64,000 nt of DNA from Bacteroidales bacterium (GCA_029931975.1 JAOZQY010000002.1:27799-91798); one strand, 5' to 3'; shown: positions 8,845 to 20,524, counted from the stretch's first letter. Notes: generated by a model from the sequence alone, not told the origin. Translations and numbers: made by a program.

Positions 8845-11163
8845 ATGGACATACCCGGGGAACTCAAATCCCCATCGGAACAGTTCCGGGCCGCGTCGGA
8901 TAGTTTTGGTCTCTACTGGTGGCACTGGGAGCATGCCAGCAAGAAGATCAGACTTAGTGAAGGAATGGCTAAGATACTGGGACTTACCTCCAGTCCGGAC
9001 GGGTATTTTACTGAGGAGATTTACCGGAATATTCATCCCGAAGATGCGGAGCGGAATAGAATGCTGTTGCACCGGCTCTACACGGGAGAGGATGAGCTCT
9101 ATGAAGTTGAGTATCGTATAAAAGGCAAAAGTGGGAAGTGGCAGTGGTACTATAACCGTGGGACCGTTCTAAAGAAGACTGAAAAGGGTGAGCCAGCCGT
9201 TATCGGCGGAATATCCATAGATATCTCAAGCACCTTTACCAAGTTACTGTCCATGGTAGAGGAAAAAGATAAGTTTGAATTTATTTTCAGGCATTCAACC
9301 GAGGCCATCATCGTTATTGAATTACTTGATGGTAAGGCCGGAAAGGTACTCGATGCCAATAAGGCGGCCATGGAATTGTTTAAAAAGGGCCCGGAGGTTT
9401 TCGGCTTACCTTTGCCAGATAATATCCTTCAGGATAAGCTGATCGGCAAGGGTGGTGTTCTTATGAAAGATATTTTTGAAAAGGGATTTGGAAGGATTGA
9501 ACTAAAAGTAAAGCTTGACGACGGGGAAGAGCTATGGCTGGAGTTCACCTTGCACGCATTTACCAAAACTGGTGAAAACCTGATGATAGCCATTGCAACA
9601 GACAAAACTGCAGGAAAGAAGGCCGAAGTTGCTCTCCGCGAGACAGAAAAGCTTTACCGAACCCTGTTTGAGGCTGCCAACGACAGGATCGGACTTTTTA
9701 CAATCGATGGAGAGGTACTGTTGTTGAATTCGGCGTTTTATGAGGCAGTCGGCTATACCAGGGAAGAATTTATGGCCTTGGAGCAGAATGCCCTGACCCA
9801 TCCGGATGATCTTAAAAGACTGGAGGAGGAAGGAGCAGAATTATATGAAAAGGGCTATTCCTCTCATGAATACCGGGTTAGACATAAAAAGGGTCATTAT
9901 CTGGATATGTCTTCAAAGCTTGTTCTGATTAAAGGGGAGGAAGGAAAGCAGGACCTGGTTCTTTTCATTATGCGTGATATATCAGAGAGAAAGAAAACCA
10001 TAAATGAACTGAAAGAAGCCAAAGAAAGGGCGGAAGAGAGTGATAAGCTGAAAACGGCATTCCTGGCTAATATGTCTCATGAGATCAGGACCCCCATGAA
10101 TTCCATTATAGGCTTCTCTAACCTGCTGAATCAAACCGGGCTGGAGGAGAAGCACCGGGAGCTTTATGTGCATCGGATTATAAGTAATTCGGATTGTTTG
10201 CTGACACTGATCTCCGACATCATCGATCTGGCGAAAATTGAGAGCGGTCAGCTCACTATTATTTATGGAAGGTTAATGATTTCGGAACTGCTTGAGGACA
10301 TGAAGCAATATGCCCGGGACGAGGCCATACGGCTTCAGAAAGATGGGATTGAGATCGTCATATCATTGGATAAAAATGATTGTGAAATTGAGACCGATGT
10401 GATTCGTATTACTCAGGTTATGAAAAACCTGATCAACAATGCAATCAAGTTCACTGAAGAGGGCAAGGTTGAGATTGGGTGCAGCAAAGGGGAGGCGGAC
10501 CGGTCGGTTCGTTTCTATATTAAGGATACCGGGATAGGGATCTCCCCGGAACATTCTGATTTGATTTTTGAGCAGTTCAGACAGATCGATGGCTCCAATA
10601 CCCGTAAGCATGGTGGAACCGGGCTTGGCCTGGCTATCTGCAGGAATCTGGTGAAACTGATGGGTGGCACCATATGGGTGGAGTCGGAGCCCGGAGAAGG
10701 GTCCAGTTTCCAGGTGGAGCTTCCACTCAGGGCAGAGGATGTACAACAAGAATTGCTTCCCAGGATCAGGAAAGTGAAGGAAGGAGAAAGATGCAGGCAG
10801 GAGATTTCTATTCTTGCGGTAGATGATGAACAGGATACCCTGGAACTTTACCAGGCTTTGCTTACCCAGATGGGCCATAAGGTCACAATTGCTGCCAATG
10901 GATATGAGGCACTCAGGATTCTGGAATATAATCTCCTTCCCGATCTGGTGCTGATGGACATTCAAATGCCGGTCATGAGTGGGATAGATACATTGAAAAT
11001 TATCCGGAGTCGTTATGTGGAATTGAAGGTAGTTGCACAGTCCGCACATGCGTTAACGGGCGACCGGCACCGCTTTCTGAGCGAGGGATTTGACGCCTAT
11101 CTTCCCAAGCCTTTTACACCAGCCGAGCTGGATGATGTTATCGTGGAACTTTTAGGTAAATAG
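8845..11163 (+). CDS. PAS-domain hybrid sensor histidine kinase / response regulator
   Basis: Multiple PAS-like segments, H-box SHEIRTPMN, N/G boxes (NNAIKFT, DTGIGI, GGTGLGLAI) and a C-terminal receiver (ILAVDDEQD...LMDIQMP...KP). The start is set to the ATG at 8845. Confidence 0.9.
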   Translation: MDIPGELKSPSEQFRAASDSFGLYWWHWEHASKKIRLSEGMAKILGLTSSPDGYFTEEIYRNIHPEDAERNRMLLHRLYTGEDELYEVEYRIKGKSGKWQWYYNRGTVLKKTEKGEPAVIGGISIDISSTFTKLLSMVEEKDKFEFIFRHSTEAIIVIELLDGKAGKVLDANKAAMELFKKGPEVFGLPLPDNILQDKLIGKGGVLMKDIFEKGFGRIELKVKLDDGEELWLEFTLHAFTKTGENLMIAIATDKTAGKKAEVALRETEKLYRTLFEAANDRIGLFTIDGEVLLLNSAFYEAVGYTREEFMALEQNALTHPDDLKRLEEEGAELYEKGYSSHEYRVRHKKGHYLDMSSKLVLIKGEEGKQDLVLFIMRDISERKKTINELKEAKERAEESDKLKTAFLANMSHEIRTPMNSIIGFSNLLNQTGLEEKHRELYVHRIISNSDCLLTLISDIIDLAKIESGQLTIIYGRLMISELLEDMKQYARDEAIRLQKDGIEIVISLDKNDCEIETDVIRITQVMKNLINNAIKFTEEGKVEIGCSKGEADRSVRFYIKDTGIGISPEHSDLIFEQFRQIDGSNTRKHGGTGLGLAICRNLVKLMGGTIWVESEPGEGSSFQVELPLRAEDVQQELLPRIRKVKEGERCRQEISILAVDDEQDTLELYQALLTQMGHKVTIAANGYEALRILEYNLLPDLVLMDIQMPVMSGIDTLKIIRSRYVELKVVAQSAHALTGDRHRFLSEGFDAYLPKPFTPAELDDVIVELLGK

Positions 11164-11248
11164 TCTGATCCCTGACAAATTTCTCCCTTTTCAAATAATT
11201 GTTATTTTTACCACTTCTGAAAAATAACATTGAATTAACCCCTTTTAC

Positions 11249-12994
11249 ATGCAAAAAGTCAACGAATTTCTTCTTTTCCTGAATGGCTACCTGGGCGGAC
11301 ACCAGTGGTTTGTTTATTTTTTGCTGGGAACGGGTGTTTTCTTTACCCTTTATCTGGGTTTGCCACAGATCCGCTATTTCAGGCATGCCATCAGGATTGT
11401 AAAAGGGAAGTATGACCATCCGGGAGATATTGGTGATACCTCACACTTCCAGGCACTGACCACCGCTCTTTCAGGAACCGTGGGTACGGGAAATATTGCA
11501 GGTGTGGCGCTGGCCATTCATCTGGGTGGACCGGCAGCTTTGTTCTGGATGTTGATTACTGCGCTGTTGGGTATGACCACCAAATTTGTGGAGGTCACCA
11601 TTTCACATAAGTACAGGGATATCCTTCCTGATGGATCTATTTCAGGCGGACCCATGTACTATATGAAGAAACGGATGAACATAAGCACCAGAAATGGAAA
11701 AATCATTAAAACCGGAGCAATCCTGGGAGGCTTTTTTGCATTTGCAACCATTCTCTCCTCCTTTGGAACAGGGAGCCTGCCGCAGATCAACAGCATTTCC
11801 GAGTCGATGTTTACCTCTTTCGGGATCAACCATACCCTTACCGGGGGAGTGCTGGCCGTGCTTCTCGGACTGGTCATTATCGGGGGTATCAAGCGGATTG
11901 CCAGGGTAACTTCTACGCTGGTTCCCGTGATGGCCCTGATCTATGTGGTGGGAGCCATCCTGGTGATTGCCACCAACTATCAAAATATTCTTCCATCACT
12001 GGGTTCTATTTTTACCGATGCCTTTACAGGAAGTGCAGCGGTGGGTGGATTCCTGGGAGCAGGATTTGCCTTTACCTTCAATAAGGGGGTTAACAGGGGA
12101 CTCTTCTCCAATGAGGCGGGTCAGGGTTCTGCGCCTATTGCACACAGTGCAGCCAAGGCTCAGGAACCAGTTTCGGAAGGAATGGTGGCCATCCTTGAAC
12201 CCTTCATTGACACCATTATAATCTGTACCATCACTGGGCTGGTGCTGCTTTCATCCGGAGTATGGAACGAGAAGATTGATAACCGCTTCCAACAGGCAGA
12301 CCTGCAGATTGTGGAAGGAAACTACCAGGAAGCCAATGAGAATGACCGGATCCAGATGGCCAGGGTTTTCAATAAGGACACTACACTTGCTCTCTTTACA
12401 GGTGCACTGCAGGTGGAAGAGGGAACGGTTATTACCGAAAACATTACCATCATTCATGCTGAGTCATTTGCTGAGGATGTGGTAGTAACACAGGGGAAGA
12501 AGAAGTACACCGGTCCCATCCCGGTATCTGAGGGAGTGGTGAAGTTCAGTGAATTGGACGAAGAGGGCCAGTCTGTCTATTTTTCCGGTCGCTCCCTGAT
12601 TCATAGTGCAGCCCTGACAACCGAAGCTTTTAAGCGAAGTTGGATGGGCGACTGGGGACAATACATTGTCTCCATTGGTTTGCTGTTGTTTGCTTTTTCC
12701 ACAGCTATTTCGTGGTCCTACTACGGGGGACGGGCGGTGACCTATTTGTTTGGTACCAAATACGTGATTGTATACCGACTGATCTATGTGCTTGGATTCT
12801 TCCTGGCTTCATTCACCGATACCACCATTGTCTGGAACCTAAGCTATATCACCATAGCCATTATGACTATTCCCAACCTGTTCGGTCTGCTGGTTCTGAG
12901 GAAAGATATCAAAGGCACTATTGGTACTTACTGGAAGGACTTTCACAAGGAGTGGCCACAGGAGAAACTTCCCATGGGAACAAAGAGCGATTAA
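11249..12994 (+). CDS. alanine/glycine:cation symporter (AGCS) family transporter
   Basis: 581-aa polytopic ORF with [21 protein letters not shown] and [15 protein letters not shown] motifs. Confidence 0.9.
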   Translation: MQKVNEFLLFLNGYLGGHQWFVYFLLGTGVFFTLYLGLPQIRYFRHAIRIVKGKYDHPGDIGDTSHFQALTTALSGTVGTGNIAGVALAIHLGGPAALFWMLITALLGMTTKFVEVTISHKYRDILPDGSISGGPMYYMKKRMNISTRNGKIIKTGAILGGFFAFATILSSFGTGSLPQINSISESMFTSFGINHTLTGGVLAVLLGLVIIGGIKRIARVTSTLVPVMALIYVVGAILVIATNYQNILPSLGSIFTDAFTGSAAVGGFLGAGFAFTFNKGVNRGLFSNEAGQGSAPIAHSAAKAQEPVSEGMVAILEPFIDTIIICTITGLVLLSSGVWNEKIDNRFQQADLQIVEGNYQEANENDRIQMARVFNKDTTLALFTGALQVEEGTVITENITIIHAESFAEDVVVTQGKKKYTGPIPVSEGVVKFSELDEEGQSVYFSGRSLIHSAALTTEAFKRSWMGDWGQYIVSIGLLLFAFSTAISWSYYGGRAVTYLFGTKYVIVYRLIYVLGFFLASFTDTTIVWNLSYITIAIMTIPNLFGLLVLRKDIKGTIGTYWKDFHKEWPQEKLPMGTKSD

Positions 12995-14394
12995 ACAGCT
13001 TCCAGCAGTGCTACATTTTCCACATGGTGGGTATGCGGAAACATATCCACCGGCTGGATCTTTACAAGCCTGTAGGACCTGCCCAGCAGTTCCACATCCC
13101 TGGCCTGAGTGGCCGGGTTACATGAGACATATACAATACGTGGCGGTGCAATCCTCAGGATTTGTTCCACCACTTTCGTGTGCATGCCGGCACGGGGCGG
13201 ATCGGTAATGATCACATCAGGTTTGCCATTTTCAGCAATGAAGCTATCCGTGAAAATATCCTTCATATCGCCGGCGAAGAAGCTGGTATTCCCGATTCCA
13301 TTGATCTCCGAGTTTATCTTTGCATCTTCGATGGATTCGGGTACCGATTCAATTCCCACAACCGACTTTGCCTTAGCGGCCATAAAATTGGCAATGGTTC
13401 CGGTTCCGGTATAGAGGTCGTAGAGCACCTCATCTCCCTTCAGTCCTGAAAATTCCCGGGTCACCTGGTAGAGTTTGAGTGCCTGGAATGAATTGGTCTG
13501 GAAGAATGATTTGGGTCCGATTTTGAATTTAAGATCCTCAAGCTCTTCGAAAATATGATCCCTGCCCGACCAGGTAATAATATCCTGATCATAGAGGGTT
13601 TCGTTTTTCTTTGGATTGATCACATACATCAGGCTGGTCAGATCGGGAAACTTCTCTTTGATGGCATCCAGCATCTCGTAAACTTCCGGAACATCGAACT
13701 GAACCGATAGAATAACCATCACCTCTCCCAGTGTGGTGGTCCGAATAATCAAATTACGGAGCAGTCCCTCGTTACTGCGGTGATCATAGAAAGTAAGCTT
13801 CTTCTCCAAGGCAATTTCCCTGAGGAAATTTTTCACCTCATTGGTGGGTGCTCCCTGCAAATGACAGGTCTGAATATCAACCACCTTATCAAACCTCCCC
13901 GGAACATGCAGTCCTAAAGCATTGGTATGTTCAAGAGTTTTATCCGAATCCGCCTCATGATCGAGCAACCAGCGCCGGTTGGAAAAAGTATATTCCAGTT
14001 TGTTCCTGTACTCTGTGATAGGATCGGAGCCCAGGATAGACATCGATTCGGGAATCTCCAATCCGGCAATATGCCGGAAGGCGTCCACCACCTGCTGCTC
14101 CTTATAAAACAACTGGCGATCGTAGGGGAGGTGTTGCCATTTGCATCCGCCACATACCCCAAAGTGCTCACAAAAGGGATCGGTTCGCTGTTCGGAGTAG
14201 CTGTGATATTTTACCACGCGGGCCTCCATATATCTTCCCTTTTTCCTGAATACCTGGAGATCCACAACATCGCCGGGAACGGCATCCTTTACAAAGACTA
14301 CGATACCTTCAACCCTGGCAATGGATTTGCCTTCAGCACCGATATTCTCAATGCTCACCTCTTCAAAGAGGGGTAAATTTTTTCTTCTGCCCAC
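12991..14394 (-). CDS. rlmD: 23S rRNA (uracil-C5)-methyltransferase RlmD/RumA
   Basis: 467-aa ORF with an N-terminal TRAM-like segment, a Fe-S Cys cluster ([14 protein letters not shown]), the SAM-MTase motif DPPRAG and a late Cys (SCNP). It uses a GTG start. Confidence 0.9.
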   Translation of the reverse strand: MGRRKNLPLFEEVSIENIGAEGKSIARVEGIVVFVKDAVPGDVVDLQVFRKKGRYMEARVVKYHSYSEQRTDPFCEHFGVCGGCKWQHLPYDRQLFYKEQQVVDAFRHIAGLEIPESMSILGSDPITEYRNKLEYTFSNRRWLLDHEADSDKTLEHTNALGLHVPGRFDKVVDIQTCHLQGAPTNEVKNFLREIALEKKLTFYDHRSNEGLLRNLIIRTTTLGEVMVILSVQFDVPEVYEMLDAIKEKFPDLTSLMYVINPKKNETLYDQDIITWSGRDHIFEELEDLKFKIGPKSFFQTNSFQALKLYQVTREFSGLKGDEVLYDLYTGTGTIANFMAAKAKSVVGIESVPESIEDAKINSEINGIGNTSFFAGDMKDIFTDSFIAENGKPDVIITDPPRAGMHTKVVEQILRIAPPRIVYVSCNPATQARDVELLGRSYRLVKIQPVDMFPHTHHVENVALLEAV

Positions 14395-14410
14395 AATTCT
14401 AACTTTGAGA

Positions 14411-14418
14411 CAAAAGTA
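14411..14418 (-). promoter_or_regulatory. Bacteroidota-type -7 promoter box (TAnnTTTG)
   Basis: The minus strand reads TACTTTTG, 17 nt upstream of the rlmD start (14394). Confidence 0.35.
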
Positions 14419-14584
14419 TTACTCCTGCATCACTTCTGCAATGATCTTTTCCACATCTGCTGTTGCAGCCCGAGAGTCAACCTTGCAAGGGTTCCAATTA
14501 GAATTACAGAAAGCATAGGTTTTATTTTTTTTCCAGATATGCGTTTGTACTGGCTATTTATTCAATTGAGTCACCGAATTATTC

Positions 14585-14592
14585 TATTTTTG
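14585..14592 (+). promoter_or_regulatory. Bacteroidota-type -7 promoter box (TAnnTTTG)
   Basis: TATTTTTG lies 9 nt upstream of the ABC-F ATG (14601), implying a very short leader. Confidence 0.35.
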
Positions 14593-14600
14593 CCGGCAGA

Positions 14601-16601
14601 ATGATATCAATAGACAATGTAAGCATACGTTTCGGGGCCTATGTGCTTTTCGACAAGATAAGTTTCCAGGTGAATCAGGGCGATCGCATCGGACTGGTGG
14701 GACGTAACGGGGCAGGCAAGACCACTATTCTGAACCTGATTGACGGACAACAGGATCCGGATGAAGGACGGGTAGTGCACAGTGCAGGGAACGAAGTGGG
14801 TTATCTGCCTCAGCAGATGAAACATCGCAAAGGGAAATCGCTCTACAGGGAAGCACTGAATGCTTTTGCTTCGGTCATAGCTCTGAAAAAACGAATCGAA
14901 ACCATTACAACAGAGCTGGAAGAGCGGGATGATTATGAATCAAAAGCTTACCTGGAATTGATCCAGGAACTCTCCAATGCCAACGAACAGTTTGAGATGG
15001 AGGGGGGGCACAGCATCCATGCCGATGTGGAGCAGACACTATTGGGCCTGGGGTTTAAACTTACAGATATGGAACGTCCGGTTCATGAATTTAGCGGCGG
15101 CTGGCGCATGCGCGTTGAACTGGCCAAGATTCTTTTGCGCAGACCGGACTATATTTTACTGGATGAGCCCACCAATCACCTGGATATTGAATCCATCCAA
15201 TGGCTTGAAAATTTCCTGTCGACTTACAATGGTGGTATTTTGATTATATCGCACGACCGTGCTTTTCTTGATAATGTAACTAACCGGACCATAGAACTCT
15301 CACTGGGAAAGACATACGATTACAAGGTCTCCTATTCTAAATATATCGTACTGAAAGAGGAGCGAATTGCAGTGCAAAATGCCTCCTATGAAAACCAGCA
15401 AAAGCTGATCCAGGATACAGAAAATTTCATCAATCGTTTCAGGTATAAAGCCACCAAGGCTGTACAGGTACAGTCACGTATTAAACAGCTGGATAAACTG
15501 GATCGTATTGAAGTGGAGAAGGAAGATAATATGGGGATGAACCTGAAATTTCCCCCTTCCAAACGTTCGGGAACCATCGTGGTGGAAGCAATTGGTCTGA
15601 AGAAGCATTTTGGAGAGATCAAGGTCTTGAATGAGATTGATATGGTGATTGAACGAGGCGAAAAAGTGGCCTTTGTGGGGAAAAATGGTGAAGGAAAAAC
15701 CACCCTGTCGAGGATCCTGGTCGGCGAACTTGATTTTACCGGACAATTGAAAATGGGGCATAATGTGGAACTGGGATATTTTGCCCAGAACCAGGATGAG
15801 ATACTGGATGGAAACCTTACTGTACTGGAGACAGTTGACCATGCAGCCGTGGGTGATATCAGGACAAAAATTCGTGATATTCTTGGAGCTTTTCTCTTCA
15901 GCGGAGAGGATGTGGATAAGAAAGTAAGGGTGCTATCGGGTGGAGAGCGCTCCCGGTTGGCCATGGCCAGGATGCTGCTGCAGCCTTTCAATCTTCTGAT
16001 TCTTGATGAGCCCACCAACCACCTGGACATGCGATCAAAAGATATCCTGAAAAAAGCATTGCTGGCCTTTGATGGTACACTTATTGTGGTTTCCCATGAC
16101 AGGGATTTTCTGGATGGGCTGGTGGATAAGGTTTTTGAGTTCAGGGATCAGAAAGTGAAAGAGCATCTGGGGGGGATATACGAATTTCTTCAACGCAGAA
16201 AGTTAAGCACCCTTCAGGAGATCGAAAGGAAGGAGAAACCGGCGAAATTTGCAACTGTTTCTGCCCGTCCTGTTGCAGTTTCCTCAAAGGGGGATAATGC
16301 AAAACCTGCAAAGGAGACAGAGCAGGAGAAACAAACCAACAAGGAACAGTACGCGGAGAAGAAAGTACAGGAGAAGAAGATCAGGAAGGTAGCCAATCGT
16401 GTAAAAGCGCTGGAGCATGAGATCGGGCAGATTGAGGAGGAGCTTTCAAAAATGGATGAGATGTTGATGAATCCCGACAATATTGATGGAATGCATGTGT
16501 ATGAAGCCTACGAACAGCTTAAAAACAAGCATGACGAAGCACTCTCGTCCTGGGAAAAGCAGACAGAGTTGCTTGAGAAAGTGTCGTCAAAGAGAAAATA
16601 G
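14601..16601 (+). CDS. ABC-F family ATPase (no transmembrane domain)
   Basis: Two Walker A motifs (GRNGAGKTT, GKNGEGKTT), two signature motifs (FSGGWRMR, LSGGERSR) and a Lys/Glu-rich coiled-coil C-terminus. Confidence 0.9.
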   Translation: MISIDNVSIRFGAYVLFDKISFQVNQGDRIGLVGRNGAGKTTILNLIDGQQDPDEGRVVHSAGNEVGYLPQQMKHRKGKSLYREALNAFASVIALKKRIETITTELEERDDYESKAYLELIQELSNANEQFEMEGGHSIHADVEQTLLGLGFKLTDMERPVHEFSGGWRMRVELAKILLRRPDYILLDEPTNHLDIESIQWLENFLSTYNGGILIISHDRAFLDNVTNRTIELSLGKTYDYKVSYSKYIVLKEERIAVQNASYENQQKLIQDTENFINRFRYKATKAVQVQSRIKQLDKLDRIEVEKEDNMGMNLKFPPSKRSGTIVVEAIGLKKHFGEIKVLNEIDMVIERGEKVAFVGKNGEGKTTLSRILVGELDFTGQLKMGHNVELGYFAQNQDEILDGNLTVLETVDHAAVGDIRTKIRDILGAFLFSGEDVDKKVRVLSGGERSRLAMARMLLQPFNLLILDEPTNHLDMRSKDILKKALLAFDGTLIVVSHDRDFLDGLVDKVFEFRDQKVKEHLGGIYEFLQRRKLSTLQEIERKEKPAKFATVSARPVAVSSKGDNAKPAKETEQEKQTNKEQYAEKKVQEKKIRKVANRVKALEHEIGQIEEELSKMDEMLMNPDNIDGMHVYEAYEQLKNKHDEALSSWEKQTELLEKVSSKRK

Positions 16602-16615
16602 TTAATTTTAGGAAC

Positions 16616-17914
16616 ATGGGAAGAAAGGGTATACTGATATGTTGCTGTATCTTAGCCGGTTTGGCTGCTGGATGTGCTTCTTCAAAAAAAGCCAGCACTG
16701 AAGATGTTCAGGGACATATGGCTTCCCTGTATAATCCCAGCAGACTTTCATTGCACCCCGATTTCTCTGTGTATCATGAGAACAGTAACTATTCTGTATT
16801 GTATATCAGAGCCTATCCCTCCGAGTTAAGGTTTAACTCGGCCAATGAAGATTCCGAATACAGGGCCCTGCTACGGGTTAAATACGAACTGATAAAGCTG
16901 GAGGAAACTGGAGACGAGGGCGATCATCTGGTCGATTCGGCATCGGTGGTCTATAAGTTGAGAGAGCGGGAAGAAAAGAGTCCGGCCTTTTTTGCATCCC
17001 TTTCCATACCAGTCAGACAGGGCCTGCGTTATATGCTTAAGGTGGAGACAAAAGATCTGAACCGGGGCAGCATAGGAATCAAGTACATATATCTGGATAA
17101 GACCGATCCCAATGGAGCCCAGAATTTCAAGGTAATCTCTTCCTATTCTGGCTATCCCAAATTCATGCGCTTTTTTCTTCCCGGAGAAAAGTTTCATATT
17201 CAGTACAGGAATCCGAATGTAGATTCTATCTATGTGGACTATTTCAGTCTGAACAATGAATTGCCCCGTCCACCCATTACAGCCACCTCCGATTATACCA
17301 TGAATTATAACCCCGACACAAGCTATGTCTTTCCCATGGTGGATACAGTGGATTATAACCTTCGTATGGAAGGCATGTATCTTGTGAAGGTGGATAAGGA
17401 ACAGCATCAGGGACTTACCCTCTTCAATTTTGGAGGTGCCTTTCCAGAGGTAAAGTCTCCAAAGGAGCTAATGGAGCCCCTGTTCTATCTGGCCACGCTT
17501 TCCGAGTACAGGAATCTGAGAACAGAGTCGAACCGGAAACTGGCAGTAGATAATTTCTGGTTGAAAATAGGCAACAACGTGGATAAGTCCAGGGAGCTGA
17601 TCCGGATATACTATAATCGGGTTGTATACTCAAACCTGTACTTTTCCTCCAACAAGGAAGGTTGGAAAACAGATCAGGGCATGATCTTCATCTTGTTCGG
17701 GCCACCTAGCAGGATACAGATGACAGGTAAGGGAGAAAGCTGGTTCTATTTTGAAAATCGTAGAAGTAAGGTTGTGGAGTTCAAGTTTGAACGTGGGCAG
17801 GATGCTTTTTCAGATCAGAATATGATGTGGCAAAAAACCACCGATTCTCAGATGTTTCGGAACGAAGCGATTCGTTCCTGGCGGAATGGAAAGGTATATT
17901 CGATGGGTAACTGA
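16616..17914 (+). CDS. GWxTD domain-containing lipoprotein
   Basis: Lipobox (LAAGC) and a C-terminal EGWKTDQGMIFILFGPP motif. Confidence 0.8.
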   Translation: MGRKGILICCCILAGLAAGCASSKKASTEDVQGHMASLYNPSRLSLHPDFSVYHENSNYSVLYIRAYPSELRFNSANEDSEYRALLRVKYELIKLEETGDEGDHLVDSASVVYKLREREEKSPAFFASLSIPVRQGLRYMLKVETKDLNRGSIGIKYIYLDKTDPNGAQNFKVISSYSGYPKFMRFFLPGEKFHIQYRNPNVDSIYVDYFSLNNELPRPPITATSDYTMNYNPDTSYVFPMVDTVDYNLRMEGMYLVKVDKEQHQGLTLFNFGGAFPEVKSPKELMEPLFYLATLSEYRNLRTESNRKLAVDNFWLKIGNNVDKSRELIRIYYNRVVYSNLYFSSNKEGWKTDQGMIFILFGPPSRIQMTGKGESWFYFENRRSKVVEFKFERGQDAFSDQNMMWQKTTDSQMFRNEAIRSWRNGKVYSMGN

Positions 17915-18654
17915 TGGCAAAAAGCGGCAATTTTATTTTCGGTGTACATGCAGTTCTGGAGGCTGTTAATGCAGGTAAGGACCTGGATAAGGTTCTTGTA
18001 AGAAGAGGCACTGGCTCAGAGGGGCTAAAGAAGTTGCTGAGAGCTTTAGGCAAGATGGAGATTCCTGTGCAACTGGTGCCGGTTGAAAAGCTGAACAGGA
18101 TCACCGGTAAGAATCATCAGGGGGTAATTGCTTTCCTGTCGGAGATATCCTATGTGGATATTACAACATTGCTGCCATCAATTTTTGAGAAAGGACAGGA
18201 ACCCTTGATCCTTTTGCTTGACGGCGTATCGGATGTGCGCAATTTTGGGGCCATAGCACGCAGTGCAGAATGTGCAGGGGTACATGCCATTGTTATACCC
18301 GCATCGGGGAGTGCCGCCATTAACGCCGATGCGATTAAAACATCGGCCGGGGCACTTCACAGGATTCCTGTATGCCGGCATCGGGACCTGCTTACTGTGA
18401 TGAGGTTTTTGCAGGACAGTGGGTTAAGAATTTTTGCTGCCAGCGAAAAAGCTTCCCAATCGATGCATACTACCGATATGACCGGTCCTGCCGGGTTGAT
18501 CATGGGAAGTGAAGATACCGGCATCTCACAGCAATTGCTAAGATATGCAGATACATTGGTATCCATCCCTATGAAGGGAACCATTGCCTCGCTGAATGTG
18601 TCGGTTGCGTCCGGGGTAGTGTTGTTTGAAATGCTACGACAGAGAGAAGCCTGA
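17914..18654 (+). CDS. rlmB: 23S rRNA 2'-O-methyltransferase, SpoU/TrmH family (RlmB-like)
   Basis: 246-aa ORF with a SpoU substrate-binding N-terminus plus NFGAIARSA, LIMGSEDTGIS and SLNVSVA motifs. The start overlaps the upstream stop (TGATG). Confidence 0.85.
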   Translation: MAKSGNFIFGVHAVLEAVNAGKDLDKVLVRRGTGSEGLKKLLRALGKMEIPVQLVPVEKLNRITGKNHQGVIAFLSEISYVDITTLLPSIFEKGQEPLILLLDGVSDVRNFGAIARSAECAGVHAIVIPASGSAAINADAIKTSAGALHRIPVCRHRDLLTVMRFLQDSGLRIFAASEKASQSMHTTDMTGPAGLIMGSEDTGISQQLLRYADTLVSIPMKGTIASLNVSVASGVVLFEMLRQREA

Positions 18655-18664
18655 TACCGAAAAT

Positions 18665-19129
18665 TTATTCCAGCGGAAGTTGCCGGTTGAAACTTTCCTC
18701 CAGGGAGATAAATGTTTCGGTCCTTGATATACCCTTGATAGCCTGCACCTTATCCACAAGTAGAAGTTTCAGACCCTCGTTATTCCTTGTATATATTTTG
18801 ATAAAAATGGAATAGCCACCTGTGATATAATGACACTGGGTGATTTCAGGTATTTGCTTCAGTTGCTCCACAACATCAGGATAAAGGCTGGCACTGTCCA
18901 GGAAGATACCCACATAGGCGCAGGTATTAAACCCGATTTTTTTCGGATTGATACTAAATTCTGAACCGGTGATTACCCCCATTTTGGAAAGGCGCTGGAT
19001 CCGCTGATGGATGGCGGCGCCGGACACCTTGCACTCTCTGGCAACTTCCAGGTAGGGGATTCGTGCATTTTTTGTAATCAGAGAGAGGATCTTTCGATCG
19101 AGTTCGTCAATATGGTGCGTATCTTCCAT
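18665..19129 (-). CDS. Lrp/AsnC family transcriptional regulator
   Basis: HTH segment LDRKILSLITKNARIPYLEVARECKVSGAAIHQRIQRL plus a RAM-type C-terminal domain. The ATG at 19129 is preferred over the TTG at 19165. Confidence 0.85.
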   Translation of the reverse strand: MEDTHHIDELDRKILSLITKNARIPYLEVARECKVSGAAIHQRIQRLSKMGVITGSEFSINPKKIGFNTCAYVGIFLDSASLYPDVVEQLKQIPEITQCHYITGGYSIFIKIYTRNNEGLKLLLVDKVQAIKGISRTETFISLEESFNRQLPLE

Positions 19130-19246
19130 AAGTCTGCCTGTTAATAATCTGTTGTGTTTACTCAAATGTAATTACAATTTGAAAGAAATTAGCATGAAAC
19201 AGTGTGATTTTAAACATATACTCACCCCAAACTCTTACAAATGAAA

Positions 19247-20524
19247 CTATTCGGAAAGTTTCTGAAAATCGTTGCCGGTGGGGTTCTGGAATACGTGAAG
19301 ATCAAACTCTGGTAAAATGGCCAGAATGTGGTCGAAGATATCGGCCTGGATCGTTTCATAATTGGCCCATGCCTGGTCCTTGCTGAAGACATAGATTTCT
19401 ATGGGTAGACCTTTTTCAGTGGGCTGCAGGTGCCTGATCAGGAAGGTCATATCCTGGTGGATTTTGGGATGATTATGCAAATACTCTTCCAGGTATTTCC
19501 GGAAAGTCCCCAGGTTTGTCATTTTCCGGCCGTTGGTTACAGTTCCATCTTCCAACTGAAGCGACTTATTGAAATCGCTAATTTCTTTCTCCTTGTTTTC
19601 TATATAATCCTTCAGGAGGTGAAAATTCCTGAACTTTTCAATTTGCCTGGCGTCCAGGAAAGAGACACTATTCATGTCAATATTGATGGAGCGTTTGATC
19701 CGTCGTCCACCCGATTCTTCCATTCCCTTCCAGTTATTAAAGGACTGTGATACCAGTGCATATGTAGGTACGGTAGCAATGGTCTTATCCCAGTTTTGCA
19801 CTTTTACCGTGGTGAGGTTGATATCGATTACATCTCCATCGGCGTTGTACTGGGGCATGGAGATCCAGTCTCCCACGTTAACCATTTTATTGGCGGCAAG
19901 CTGAATACTGGCCACGAAACCCAGAATGGTATCTTTGAAAACCAGGATCAGGACAGCTGCCATGGTTCCCAGGGCTGCCAGCAGGGTTTTTGGAGGTTCT
20001 CCCGAGAATATGGAGATTATAATAATTACCGCAGTGAAATAGAAGATAATTTTAACCACTTGCACAAATCCCTTGATGTTTCTGCCTTTGGCTATCGGCA
20101 GCCGCATGTAGATTTCATGAAGAGCATTGAGTACCGCGTCTATGATCAGCACGATAACCAGGATCATATAGGTTAGGGTCAGGTGCTCCAGGAAAGCCAC
20201 AGTTTTCGGGAGATCGAATATATATTGAAGCGATCCGAAAACAATCAGTGCCGGAGCCAGGTGCGCGAGGCGGTTGAACACCTTGCGCTCCACAAAAATA
20301 TCATCCCAGTCGTTCTTAGTTTTCCTTACAATCCGGGCAATTGAAGCAATAATGATTCTTTTGACGATAAAGTCGGCCAGGAATGCCAGACCAATCGTAA
20401 TAACAATAATTGTTGCGTTTTCCAGGAATACAACCGTTTCGTCAGATAGTCCGGTTCCTGTAAGCAGCTCATTGTACCATAGTATCCATCTTTCAATCAT
20501 TGGAGATAGTTTTATATATAGCAT
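19247..20524 (-). CDS. mechanosensitive ion channel (MscS) family protein
   Basis: Several N-terminal TM helices, then the MscS beta-domain pattern (VGDWISM...GDVIDINLTTVKVQNWDKTIATVPT). Confidence 0.85.
   Translation of the reverse strand: MLYIKLSPMIERWILWYNELLTGTGLSDETVVFLENATIIVITIGLAFLADFIVKRIIIASIARIVRKTKNDWDDIFVERKVFNRLAHLAPALIVFGSLQYIFDLPKTVAFLEHLTLTYMILVIVLIIDAVLNALHEIYMRLPIAKGRNIKGFVQVVKIIFYFTAVIIIISIFSGEPPKTLLAALGTMAAVLILVFKDTILGFVASIQLAANKMVNVGDWISMPQYNADGDVIDINLTTVKVQNWDKTIATVPTYALVSQSFNNWKGMEESGGRRIKRSINIDMNSVSFLDARQIEKFRNFHLLKDYIENKEKEISDFNKSLQLEDGTVTNGRKMTNLGTFRKYLEEYLHNHPKIHQDMTFLIRHLQPTEKGLPIEIYVFSKDQAWANYETIQADIFDHILAILPEFDLHVFQNPTGNDFQKLSE

Noticed and set aside
10363-11049. 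228-aa antisense ORF inside the hybrid kinase gene. Similar cases are 15386-16030 inside ABC-F, 49554-50333 inside the first propeller gene, and 51210-51722.
   Set aside because: All lie opposite well-supported coding frames and show no domain signatures. They are typical long shadow ORFs in roughly 50% GC coding DNA.
11164-11248. Possible glycine riboswitch upstream of the alanine/glycine:cation symporter
   Set aside because: The intergenic region is only 85 nt. It lacks the conserved GGAGAG...CACCG-type aptamer core I would expect.
14425-14520. Minus-strand peptide-like reading (..NPCKVDSRAATADVEKIIAEVMQE*) in the rlmD / ABC-F intergenic region
   Set aside because: There is no start codon, stops lie immediately upstream, and there is no motif. 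I treat it as non-coding promoter region.
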